Source of the DNA: Methanoregula sp.
Lineage (GTDB): Archaea > Halobacteriota > Methanomicrobia > Methanomicrobiales > Methanospirillaceae
Direction: 5' to 3'
Assembly: GCF_028679125.1 (NCBI RefSeq)
Contig: NZ_JAJRCG010000004.1
Coordinates: 83,017-147,016 of the forward strand
DNA: 64,000 bases
A program made the translations under genes and the position numbers. Numbering within the stretch: the stretch's first letter is position 1; each line of letters opens with the position of its first letter. The notes under the pieces were generated by a model, which was given only the letters and a program-made list of their open reading frames with translations, did no database searches and was not told where the DNA came from. Of the stretch, positions 52,635-61,745 are shown one piece after another.

Positions 52635-52799
52635 GGGGCTCCGTGCTGCTACACCCCCGCTGCGTAGGCATCCCCCGCGTTGCGATGACCCAGTCTTACC
52701 AGAACATATCATTCATAGGATGTGTTCTTGTTCTCTCACTCCGAGGCATCGCAACTGTGCCCCGTCCCCCAACGGGGGATTAGTGGCACAAGAAGGGGG
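52635..52799 (+). repeat. Dispersed structured repeat, copy D
   Basis: GTTGCGATG (52679-87) and CATCGCAAC (52747-55) form a perfect 9-bp IR; outer stem GTGCC/GGCAC; AAGAAGGGGG. Confidence 0.88.
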
Positions 52800-52990
52800 C
52801 ATCTGACTGATAATTTTCTCCACTCATCATCCAGCCGTACGCAGAGTTCACCACATCATCCATACAATTGCACGGTCCCTCCTTGTTGGGGGATCGCACG
52901 GGTACAGATCACTCGCGACAACGTCCCGTCACCGGAATACAAAAACAAAAAATCGTTCACTCAAAAAAAAGACGTGTCGGGTTTCCGCAC

Positions 52991-53527
52991 CTACTCGTCT
53001 TCCGGCACATACTTTTCCTTCGTAACGCCATCGGCAATAATCCCGCTGTTGCCGCTCGGATCCTCAAGAATCAGCGTGATGGGGAACGTCCCGGTCTTCA
53101 CCCGGGCAATATCCGCGAGGAGAGCGGTTGCGTTCTCCTTCTCTATGTCCGTGCCCCAGCGGAAGGCCCCTTTCACGACCTCCACGATCCGGTCGAGCAC
53201 GCCCTCCACGTTCGAGACAAACCCCTGGCAGACGGGGCCGGGATCGATCCGGACGCCCAGTTCCGGGATCTCGATGCTGGCGCTCATGCTCCGGATCACG
53301 CGGACCGAGAGGTCGTCTTCTGTATGGATGGCCAGCGTATACCGCGCCGGCTCGTTGTGTTTTAAGAGCTGCGTATCGACGAACTTGTACCCGCACGAAG
53401 GGCAGATGGCGGAAATGATGAGGATATCGGAAAAATAAGGAATATTTTCTGTCTTATACAGGTATTCGATATCAGTATTGCAACAGGGACACGGACCCGG
53501 GACGACTACCTTCGTTTCTGCCTGCAC
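52991..53527 (-). CDS. ZPR1 zinc-finger domain protein
   Basis: CPCC..IPYF..CPSCG; VEGVL; LEDPSGNS. Confidence 0.94.
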   Translation of the reverse strand: MQAETKVVVPGPCPCCNTDIEYLYKTENIPYFSDILIISAICPSCGYKFVDTQLLKHNEPARYTLAIHTEDDLSVRVIRSMSASIEIPELGVRIDPGPVCQGFVSNVEGVLDRIVEVVKGAFRWGTDIEKENATALLADIARVKTGTFPITLILEDPSGNSGIIADGVTKEKYVPEDE

Positions 53528-53896
53528 TTATGCTCCACCGATCTTGTCGCGCGAGATCTTCACTGACATGGGGGTCAGCACCACGTAGCGCTGGTCGCCA
53601 AGGCCGATGATATCGCCATTGACATCCTTTGCCACTTCTTTTAGGTCCTTTAAGACGCGCTCATAGGAGATCTTGTCCATCTTCAGGCGGGAGATATCGA
53701 CAATGACGATGTTGCCCGAGTAGACCTCGTCCTTGACGCGGGGGGTATCCTTGAGGTCGCTGATTGTCGCGATCTTGACGAGAAGAGCGGGGCTGCCGCT
53801 TCCGCGTTCCTCGTACGACGCGAGATCCAGTTCCATATAATCGTCGTCAGAGTGCGAAGCGCTCTTGCCAAGGAGGGTGTCTATGATCTTAACCAT
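53528..53896 (-). CDS. sepF: Cell division protein SepF
   Basis: DYMELDL; DEVYSGNIVIVDI; VNGDIIG; VVLTP. Confidence 0.9.
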   Translation of the reverse strand: MVKIIDTLLGKSASHSDDDYMELDLASYEERGSGSPALLVKIATISDLKDTPRVKDEVYSGNIVIVDISRLKMDKISYERVLKDLKEVAKDVNGDIIGLGDQRYVVLTPMSVKISRDKIGGA

Positions 53897-54019
53897 AAAA
53901 AAACTGTATGGTGAAAATTATTTAATAGTATCTATTTTCGGGCCACCGGATAGGTATTTCCTCCAAAAAAAAGGGCAAATCTGCGGTTTTTCCGCGCACT
54001 GGCCCACTATTTATCCGGG

Positions 54020-54517
54020 TCAGATTTCCATGTTCCAGATCTCGTCACCGACGTGATGGAACTTTTTGACCATTTTTCCCGCAGTTCCGGCACGCAGATC
54101 GGGCGCATCAAAGAGGGCAATCCCGATGGCAAGCGCCTTACCGTGCCGCTCATCGACGATCTGGACCGGGGCATTCGCCTTCACGTCATCCGTGCACGAG
54201 ACGATCCCGGGGCGCATGATATCCGCGCCGTTCACCACGTACGGGATGGCGCCGGCATCGACCACGACCCGCCGCTCCGGAAAGGGGCACTGGAGAGCGC
54301 CCTTCAGCGTCGGGAAGACCCAGTCCTCCGTGGCCATCAGCATCGGCTTCTTGTTCACCATGAAGAGCGAGACATTCGCCGTGGTCTCAAGGACCTCGAT
54401 CATCTCTGCGTGGAAGAGGGTTGATGACGGTCCGATCTGTTCTGCAAGGCGCGCCAGCAGGTCCTGCGCCTGGCTCTTCCGGATCGAATGGCGCTTCTTA
54501 ACGACAATCTTTTTCAT
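54020..54517 (-). CDS. PUA-domain RNA-binding protein (MCT-1/Tma20-like)
   Basis: FPTL; VVDAGAIPYVVNGADIMRPGI; HHVGDEIW. Confidence 0.92.
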   Translation of the reverse strand: MKKIVVKKRHSIRKSQAQDLLARLAEQIGPSSTLFHAEMIEVLETTANVSLFMVNKKPMLMATEDWVFPTLKGALQCPFPERRVVVDAGAIPYVVNGADIMRPGIVSCTDDVKANAPVQIVDERHGKALAIGIALFDAPDLRAGTAGKMVKKFHHVGDEIWNMEI

Positions 54518-54686
54518 GGTTCTGCATCAACATTCAGAGCGCAGGCATGAAAAAAATTTGCATCCCGTTGAAAAAAATGCCTCTTTTGGCAGCAGGTCTC
54601 CTTCAGGAAACCTTATTGCTCTCAGGGGTCTACGGTATGTTTAAGTGATCCGCTCGCACATATATGTTACTCCAGAGCGATGGTAA

Positions 54687-54929
<243 letters not shown>

Positions 54930-54940
54930 GGTGAATTAAC

Positions 54941-55123
54941 ATGACGAAAGGCACTCCATCAATGGGTAAGAGAAACAAGTTCTCCCACATCGCCTGCCGG
55001 CGCTGCGGGAAGATTTCGTTCCACGCCCAGAAGAAAGTCTGCTCTTCCTGCGGTTTTGGCAAGAGCACGAAGATCTCCAACTACAAGTGGCATTCAAAGC
55101 GACCAAAAACAGTAACGCATTAG
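54941..55123 (+). CDS. rpl37e: 50S ribosomal protein L37e
   Basis: [29 protein letters not shown]. Confidence 0.97.
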   Translation: MTKGTPSMGKRNKFSHIACRRCGKISFHAQKKVCSSCGFGKSTKISNYKWHSKRPKTVTH

Positions 55124-55132
55124 AGTTGTACC

Positions 55133-56554
55133 ATGTGTGGAATCGTTGGCATCGTGGATGCTGGCGGTGTATCAATCCAGCTCTACTATGCCCTGTACGC
55201 GCTCCAGCATCGCGGTCAGGAAAGCGCGGGAATATCTACATTTGACGGCACCCTGCTTCACAAATTCAAGGGAAGCGGGCTGGTTGCCGATGTTTTTTCC
55301 CCATCTGTTTTATCCGATCTGAAAGGTATGGTCGGTATCGGCCATGTCCGTTACCCGACAACCGGGTCAAACCTTCCCGAGAATATCCAGCCGCTGAACT
55401 TCCAGTTCCAGGATCATTTCATCTCCATTGCCCACAACGGGAACCTGGTCAATACCGGTGAGCTCCGGTCCGAGTACGAGAGTGCGGGCCAGATCTTCAC
55501 GACCACGACTGATACCGAGGTCATTGCCAAGATCCTGATCGATGCGATCAGCAACGCGGGATCGGTCGAGGATGCGGTCAGCCGGTGCATGCACAAACTC
55601 GTAGGCTCCTACGCGGTGACCATCCTGATCGACGGGGTCATCTACGGTTTCCGGGATCCGCTGGGCATCAAGCCCTTCTGTATCGGGAAGACCGAGCACG
55701 GGTACATGCTCGCCTCCGAGAGTGTTGCCATAGATGCGCTGAGCGCGAAGTTTCTCCGGGACGTGAAGCCCGGAGAACTGATCCGGATCGATGCGGATGG
55801 TGTCCGGTGCATGCAGATCGCGGTGGCAGGAAAGCGTGCCCACTGTATCTTCGAGTACATCTATTTTGCCCGTGCCGACTCGATCATTGACGGCGTGCTT
55901 GTCTACGATGTCCGGAGAACGATCGGCCGGAAACTTTTCGAGGAAGACCCGGTGAAGGCAGACTCGGTCTGTTCGGTCCCGGACTCCGGGACGGCCTATG
56001 CGATCGGGTACGCGGAAGGGTCGAAGATCCCGTTTGTCGAATCTCTCATGAAGAACCGGTACATGGGGCGGACGTTCATCATGCCCACGCAGAAGGAGCG
56101 GGAGAGGGCGGTCCGGATCAAGCTCAACCCGATCCCGGGCCACCTGAAGGATAAGTCCGTGGTGCTCGTTGACGACAGTATTGTCCGGGGTACGACCTCG
56201 AAACGGATCATCGAGATGATGCGGGACGCCGGCGCCCGCGAGATCCACATGCGGATCGGCTCTCCCGCGATCAAGGCGCCCTGCTACCTTGGCGTGGACA
56301 TGCCCACCCGGGGGGAGCTCATCGCGAGCAACAAGAACGAGGACGAGGTTCGGAAGTGCATCACGTCGAATACGCTCCACCATATCTCGCTCGATGCACT
56401 CACTGCGGCGATCGGGTTCGACCGCGAGAGTCTCTGCACGGGATGTCTCACCGGCTGTTACCCGCTCCCGATCGAAGGCGAGAAGGCAAAGACCTGCCAG
56501 ATCAGTTTCGTGGACGAGACCGTCCAGTCCAAACTCGGGGCGTTTGAGGCATAG
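55133..56554 (+). CDS. purF: Amidophosphoribosyltransferase
   Basis: MCGIVG, LQHRGQESAG, HNGNL, VDDSIVRGTT. Confidence 0.98.
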   Translation: MCGIVGIVDAGGVSIQLYYALYALQHRGQESAGISTFDGTLLHKFKGSGLVADVFSPSVLSDLKGMVGIGHVRYPTTGSNLPENIQPLNFQFQDHFISIAHNGNLVNTGELRSEYESAGQIFTTTTDTEVIAKILIDAISNAGSVEDAVSRCMHKLVGSYAVTILIDGVIYGFRDPLGIKPFCIGKTEHGYMLASESVAIDALSAKFLRDVKPGELIRIDADGVRCMQIAVAGKRAHCIFEYIYFARADSIIDGVLVYDVRRTIGRKLFEEDPVKADSVCSVPDSGTAYAIGYAEGSKIPFVESLMKNRYMGRTFIMPTQKERERAVRIKLNPIPGHLKDKSVVLVDDSIVRGTTSKRIIEMMRDAGAREIHMRIGSPAIKAPCYLGVDMPTRGELIASNKNEDEVRKCITSNTLHHISLDALTAAIGFDRESLCTGCLTGCYPLPIEGEKAKTCQISFVDETVQSKLGAFEA

Positions 56555-56651
56555 GCCTGCAGTTTTGCGGGATTATTGCCCCGATTTTAAAAAACCTTTA
56601 AACAATCAGAGATTGATAGTTTTGGAATAGCACGAACTTTTTGTGATACGC

Positions 56652-57431
56652 ATGGCCCCTCCACCCCGCATCCTGATCGTTGATGATGATTCGATCATCA
56701 CCCATCTTATCTCCACGATGCTCCAGAAGAAGGGGTATACCGTTATCGGGATTGTCACGAAGGGAGAGGAGGCGGTGATAAAAGCGGGGGAGCTGCACCC
56801 CGATCTCGTGATCATGGACGTCGGCCTGTCCGGGACAATGGACGGGATAGACGCTGCCCATTATATCTTCCAGCTCTTCCACTGCCCTGTCCTGTTCATC
56901 ACGGGTATCTCGGATGAGGAGCGACTCGACAAGGTGAAGTACTCCCGGCCCTATGGGATCATCTTCAAACCGTTCACCATGATCGAGATCGCGACAAACG
57001 TAGAACTCGCCCTGTACAACCACACCAACCGGGTCGGGGCCAAGAATGAGTTTCCCGCGGGCGACCCGAAGAAGCTGGCCGATGTGCTGGAAGCCGTTAT
57101 CGTGACGGACCGCCAGGGCCGGATCATCTATTACAACAATTATGCGGCGTGGTTCATCGACATTCCCAAAGAGAAGATCCTCATGAAGTACTGGAGGGAA
57201 GTGCTCATGCTCGTCCACGACCAGAGCGGCGAGCAGCTCAAGGATCCCATTGCAGAGGCCGCCAAGAACCAGACCGGCGTTGTGCTTGACACCCATACGG
57301 CGGTTGTGACCACCACCGGTAAAAACAGGAAAGTGCGTGTCTCGGTCCGCCCGGTCAAGGACGATCACGAACGGTTCCTTGCCGTCCTCTTCTCCATCAA
57401 GGAGAAGACGCCCAAACCCGGTGGTGTCTGA
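56652..57431 (+). CDS. Response regulator (REC) plus PAS domain, no output domain
   Basis: ILIVDDD, VIMDVGL, IFKPF, then a PAS domain (VIVTDRQGRIIYYN). Confidence 0.92.
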   Translation: MAPPPRILIVDDDSIITHLISTMLQKKGYTVIGIVTKGEEAVIKAGELHPDLVIMDVGLSGTMDGIDAAHYIFQLFHCPVLFITGISDEERLDKVKYSRPYGIIFKPFTMIEIATNVELALYNHTNRVGAKNEFPAGDPKKLADVLEAVIVTDRQGRIIYYNNYAAWFIDIPKEKILMKYWREVLMLVHDQSGEQLKDPIAEAAKNQTGVVLDTHTAVVTTTGKNRKVRVSVRPVKDDHERFLAVLFSIKEKTPKPGGV

Positions 57432-57460
57432 ACACTGTTTTTTACGGCTGGCAGATCTTC

Positions 57461-58137
57461 ATGGAGAATAATATCAGGTACGCGTTCAACCGTTTCGCAC
57501 AGGAGATGCCCGGCGGGAGCATAGTATTCCGGATCTGCGGCAGTTTTACACTGCTGCGGTCTGGGCAGCAGAGTCCGGAACACCGGAGCCGGAGGTCCTC
57601 GATATCGGGGCGGGCACCGGCCTGATGAGTGCGTACCTGCTCGAAAAGTTCCCGCAGGCGCACCTGACGCTCATTGATATTGCTGAAAATATGCTGGAGA
57701 TGGCCCGGCAGCGGTTTTCCGGCCGCGATCATACCCGGTATGTGGTGAGCGATTACTCCACGGGCGATCTGGGCGGACCATACACCATAGCCTGCTCGGC
57801 CCTCTCGATCCACCACCTCGATACCGAAGACAAGCGCCGTCTTTTCAGGCGAATCTATGCTGCACTCGCACCGGGCGGGATGTTCGTGAATGCGGACCAG
57901 GCGGATGGCGAGACCCCGTACTTCCGGGAGCGGTACCTGGAGTACTGGAACGCATTTTTCAGGACCGACCCGATGACGGCATCGCAGCAGGCGGAGATCA
58001 TGAACCGCCGCGACACCTTTGATAAAAACGAGAAACTTTCGGACCAGCTGGTGTGGCTCCGGGAGGCCGGGTTTTCAGATGTGGATGTTGTGTACCGGAA
58101 CCGGACATTCATGGTGACCGTGGCAAGGAAGAACTGA
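57461..58137 (+). pseudogene. Frameshifted class I SAM methyltransferase
   Basis: MENNIRYAFNRFAQE from ATG 57461 continues in another frame as DARREHSIPDLRQFY...VLDIGAGTGLMSAY. The shift is near 57505, and the downstream frame has TAA at 57469 with no start before motif I. Confidence 0.8.
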
Positions 58138-58271
58138 CCGTCCCGGCGTCCCCCCACCCGGGAAATAACGGATGACCCTGCATACGCCGGTGGAAAATCA
58201 TGCCTGCATTTTTTCTGACATCCGCATGACTTTATTATCTCCGGTCAATACCTATCAGACAGTGACCATTC

Positions 58272-59078
58272 ATGACACCAATCCGACGTTTCCTGATAAT
58301 CACGCTGCTCCTGCTCTGCCTGGTCCTTCCCGCAGTGAGTGCTGCCGCCTCCACGGCCGCTATTTCATCGGCCCCGGCAGTGACGACGGGTGTTCCCCCG
58401 TATAATGTCTCCGTCTACCTCGTCGACACCCGGGCAGCGGTTCTCGGGGAGAACTGGACCGAGGTCATACGAGTTACGACGCGCGGCCTCGCATGGTACC
58501 CGGAGAATGCCGATCTCCTCTGCCAGCAGGGATATGCCTACCGGAAGACGGGTCAGTACCAGAAATCTGTTGACACCGTGTCGCAGGCCATCCCGCTGGA
58601 TCCAAAACCGGTCCGGTATGCGAACCGGGGATACGGGTACCTCGCGCTTGGCAATGATACCGCCGCCCTTGCTGATGCTGAGGCCGGCATCGCCCTCAAC
58701 GCGACCTACCCGGTAACCTACGGGGTAAAAGCCCTGGCCATCAGTGGCATGGGGAAGAACCCTGAAGCCCTTGACGCAATCGGGACCGCTATCGCCCTCA
58801 CACCCGATAGTGCCCACTACTGGCATGTAAAGGGGAGGATCCTGGCCGCTGAAGGGGACTGCGCCGGTGCCGCAGCAGCACTGGAAAAATCCATTGCGCT
58901 CGATCCCACGTACACACTGCCCTACCCGGGCTTTGGCAGTGCCGGTGAGAACCTTGCAGACCTGAACACTGCCTGCGCGAAGACAGCATCCCCGCAGGCG
59001 ACAGCAAAATCCCCTCTCGGATGGATAGCGGTTGCCGGTGTTATCGGGGCAGTGATCGTAGCTGGTTCCCGGCGCTGA
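58272..59078 (+). CDS. Secreted TPR-repeat protein with C-terminal membrane anchor
   Basis: Signal peptide; TPR units (GYAYRKTGQYQKSV, YANRGYGYLALG, WHVKGRILAAEG); KSPL-TM-RR tail. Confidence 0.88.
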   Translation: MTPIRRFLIITLLLLCLVLPAVSAAASTAAISSAPAVTTGVPPYNVSVYLVDTRAAVLGENWTEVIRVTTRGLAWYPENADLLCQQGYAYRKTGQYQKSVDTVSQAIPLDPKPVRYANRGYGYLALGNDTAALADAEAGIALNATYPVTYGVKALAISGMGKNPEALDAIGTAIALTPDSAHYWHVKGRILAAEGDCAGAAAALEKSIALDPTYTLPYPGFGSAGENLADLNTACAKTASPQATAKSPLGWIAVAGVIGAVIVAGSRR

Positions 59079-59269
59079 AGCGGTCTGCAAACCCGCCCGG
59101 CCGTGCAGGATAAGATCAAAACTGTTTTTTATCATGATGGAGAGAGTCACCAGATAACGAGTCTGGCATCTCCCGACCGGGCCGGATGTTTTCTGCGCAC
59201 CTCCGAACTTCCCGGTAATGAGGGTGACTCCGGTAAGGAGCGGCTGCCACCACCCGTTCCGGTAATCCC

Positions 59270-60979
59270 ATGGATATCATCACGATTCTGGTATTTTCCT
59301 GCCTCGCATCGGCAATCATTACATACGGTCTTGGCATTTCGGTTTATACAAAAAACCCGAAATCACCGGTCAACCGCCTCTTCCTTGCTGCAATGCTGAC
59401 TGCATCCTTCTGGGCAGCCGGGGAGTTCCTCATCTGGCAGTCCACCGGCCCGGACGAGATCCGGTTCTGGCTGAAAGCGAGTTCCATCTGGCCGCTCGTT
59501 CTCGTTCTCACCCTGCATTTCGTTCTTGCCTTCACCCGCCACCCGCTTTCAGAACGCCGGAACCTGAAGTACCTCATTGTCTTTCTCTATATCCCGGCTG
59601 TTATCATCTCCCTCCTGGAGATCTTCACCGAACTGGTTTTCACCGTCACCTACCTGCCCGGCCGGGGCTACATCTATATTCCTGCAGTGGGCAGCCCCGT
59701 CTATTATGCACAGGCGGTCATGTTCTTCTGCCTCTCGGCATTTTTCCTGTATATCTGCATCTCATCCTGGAAGAACGAGGAGAAGAAGAGAGAGCGCGAG
59801 CAGATCCTCCTGGTGATGCTCGGTGTCATTCCCATCATGTTCTCCGGGATCATCTCCGTCCATCTCCTCCCCTACTGGGGCATCCATATCCCGAACCTCG
59901 TCTTTCTCGGGTTCGTCTGGTTCTCCCTCCTGATCACGTCGGCAATCATCTGGCGCGGGCTCTTCATGCTGAGCATCACGAGCGCGGTGACCGATATCAT
60001 CCAGACCATGCCCGACAGTCTCATTCTTGCGGATGAAAACGGCCGGATCCAGGTCTCCAACCGGTCAGCAACTGCCCTGTTCCGTGAAATATCCCCGGAC
60101 ATAAAAAACCAGGTGATCGGCACGCTCCTTCCACGGCAGAGCGGTGAAGCCATACAGAATGCGATACGGGATCGGAGCACATTTACGGACATGGAGGTGG
60201 TTCTTGACACACGGGATTACCGCGTTGTGAGCATTGCCGGATCCCCGGTTATCGATCCTGACGGGAATCCCGGGGGCATTGTCCTGATCATCCGGGATAT
60301 CACCGGCCGGAAGGCCACCGAGCGGGCACTTCGGCTGGTCAATGAGAAGCTCTCGCTCTTAAGCCAGCTGACACGGCACGACATCAACAACCAGATCCTG
60401 GCCCTGAACGGGTACCTGCAGCTTGCAAAAGAGAAGGCGGGTTCACCCGGCCAGGAACGGTATATCGCTGCCAGTATGAGGGTTGCCGGGAAGATCGAGA
60501 GCCACCTCCGGTTTTCCCGGCAGTATGAAGAGATCGGAAAACACGATCCCGTCTGGCAGCCTGCCAGGGGGCTGATCGAACAGGCAATCAGCGATCTTGC
60601 TCATGACGGGGTTGATATCCACGTCAATGTCCCGGTCGTGGAACTCTATTCGGATCCACTCACCGAGAAAGTATTCTACAACCTGCTTGAGAATGCCCTC
60701 CGGCACGGAGGGGACCACCTCACCACGATCCGCATATCTGCCGCAGCAGCCGATGGGGACCTGGTTATAATATTCGAAGACAATGGTGCGGGGGTTGCAA
60801 CAGATGAGAAAGAGCAGATCTTTGCCCGGTTTTATGGGAAAAATACCGGCCTGGGACTTACGTTCTCCCGGGATATCCTGTCCGTAACCGATATCCACAT
60901 CACCGAGACGGGGGTTCCGGGAACGGGGGCGCGGTTTGAGATTCGTGTACCTCCCCAGTCCTGGCGTTATGCCGGATAA
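59270..60979 (+). CDS. Sensor histidine kinase: 7TM N-terminus, PAS and HATPase
   Basis: 7 TM segments; H-box TRHDINN; NLLENA, EDNGAG, GLGL. Confidence 0.94.
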   Translation: MDIITILVFSCLASAIITYGLGISVYTKNPKSPVNRLFLAAMLTASFWAAGEFLIWQSTGPDEIRFWLKASSIWPLVLVLTLHFVLAFTRHPLSERRNLKYLIVFLYIPAVIISLLEIFTELVFTVTYLPGRGYIYIPAVGSPVYYAQAVMFFCLSAFFLYICISSWKNEEKKREREQILLVMLGVIPIMFSGIISVHLLPYWGIHIPNLVFLGFVWFSLLITSAIIWRGLFMLSITSAVTDIIQTMPDSLILADENGRIQVSNRSATALFREISPDIKNQVIGTLLPRQSGEAIQNAIRDRSTFTDMEVVLDTRDYRVVSIAGSPVIDPDGNPGGIVLIIRDITGRKATERALRLVNEKLSLLSQLTRHDINNQILALNGYLQLAKEKAGSPGQERYIAASMRVAGKIESHLRFSRQYEEIGKHDPVWQPARGLIEQAISDLAHDGVDIHVNVPVVELYSDPLTEKVFYNLLENALRHGGDHLTTIRISAAAADGDLVIIFEDNGAGVATDEKEQIFARFYGKNTGLGLTFSRDILSVTDIHITETGVPGTGARFEIRVPPQSWRYAG

Positions 60980-61037
60980 ATCGGAAAAACTCCATATCCT
61001 GACATGACTGTACCGGAGAAGACATTATCAAAAGAAG

Positions 61038-61112
61038 TAGCGAGGAATGGATTTGAACCATCGATCTCCGGGTTATGAGCCCGGCGGGATATCCTGACTA
61101 CCCTACCTCGCT
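61038..61112 (-). tRNA. tRNA-Met(CAT), initiator
   Basis: AGCGAGG...CCTCGCT-A acceptor stem with A1:U72; anticodon arm CCGGG-CTCATAA-CCCGG with three G-C pairs; GGTTCAAATCC T-loop; CCA not encoded. Confidence 0.96.
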
Positions 61113-61230
61113 TCCTATCTATGGTCAGGACTATAATATAGTCGGCATCCGTTGATATACTTTACTCACCTCCCTCTGATAGGGGTATTTCCGCTAGGAT
61201 TAAATCGGACGGCACCGGTATATTGAAACC

Positions 61231-61644
61231 ATGGATGATGATCTCGTACGGTTACGGGAGAAACGGATGCAGGAGATGACAGAGAAGATGCAGCACGGTA
61301 AGAAGGGCGGAGTGAAGAGCAGCGTAGAACATATTGACGAGATGCACTTTCAGCAGTTCGTGACCACCAACCCGTTTGCGGTCATCGACTTCTGGGCGGA
61401 ATGGTGCGGCCCCTGCCAGCGGATCGCCCCGATCATGGAGGAGCTCTCGATCGAGTTTTCAGGGCGGGTTGCATTCGGCAAGTGCAACACCGATGACAAC
61501 CGGCGCCTCGCCATGCAGTTCAACATCGATGCGATCCCGGCAATGATGCTCTACTCCCGCGGCCAGCTGGTGGACCGGATCATCGGGGCATACCCCAAGG
61601 AAGCGATCCGGGAGAAGATCGTCCGGAAGTTCGGGCTCGATTAA
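61231..61644 (+). CDS. trxA: Thioredoxin
   Basis: DFWAEWCGPC; AIP; IGAYPKE. Confidence 0.95.
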   Translation: MDDDLVRLREKRMQEMTEKMQHGKKGGVKSSVEHIDEMHFQQFVTTNPFAVIDFWAEWCGPCQRIAPIMEELSIEFSGRVAFGKCNTDDNRRLAMQFNIDAIPAMMLYSRGQLVDRIIGAYPKEAIREKIVRKFGLD

Positions 61645-61745
61645 TCTCTTCTTCCCCGCGTGGTCATCCCCCGGCCGGCAGGTGAACCTGCACGGCGGGG
61701 ACATCATCAAAAGGTTTACCCATTACCGGCTCTTACTATGAGGTA

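Noticed and set aside
60980-61112. tRNA-iMet as an integration (att) site
   Set aside because: No integrase and no duplicated tRNA 3' end seen in the window
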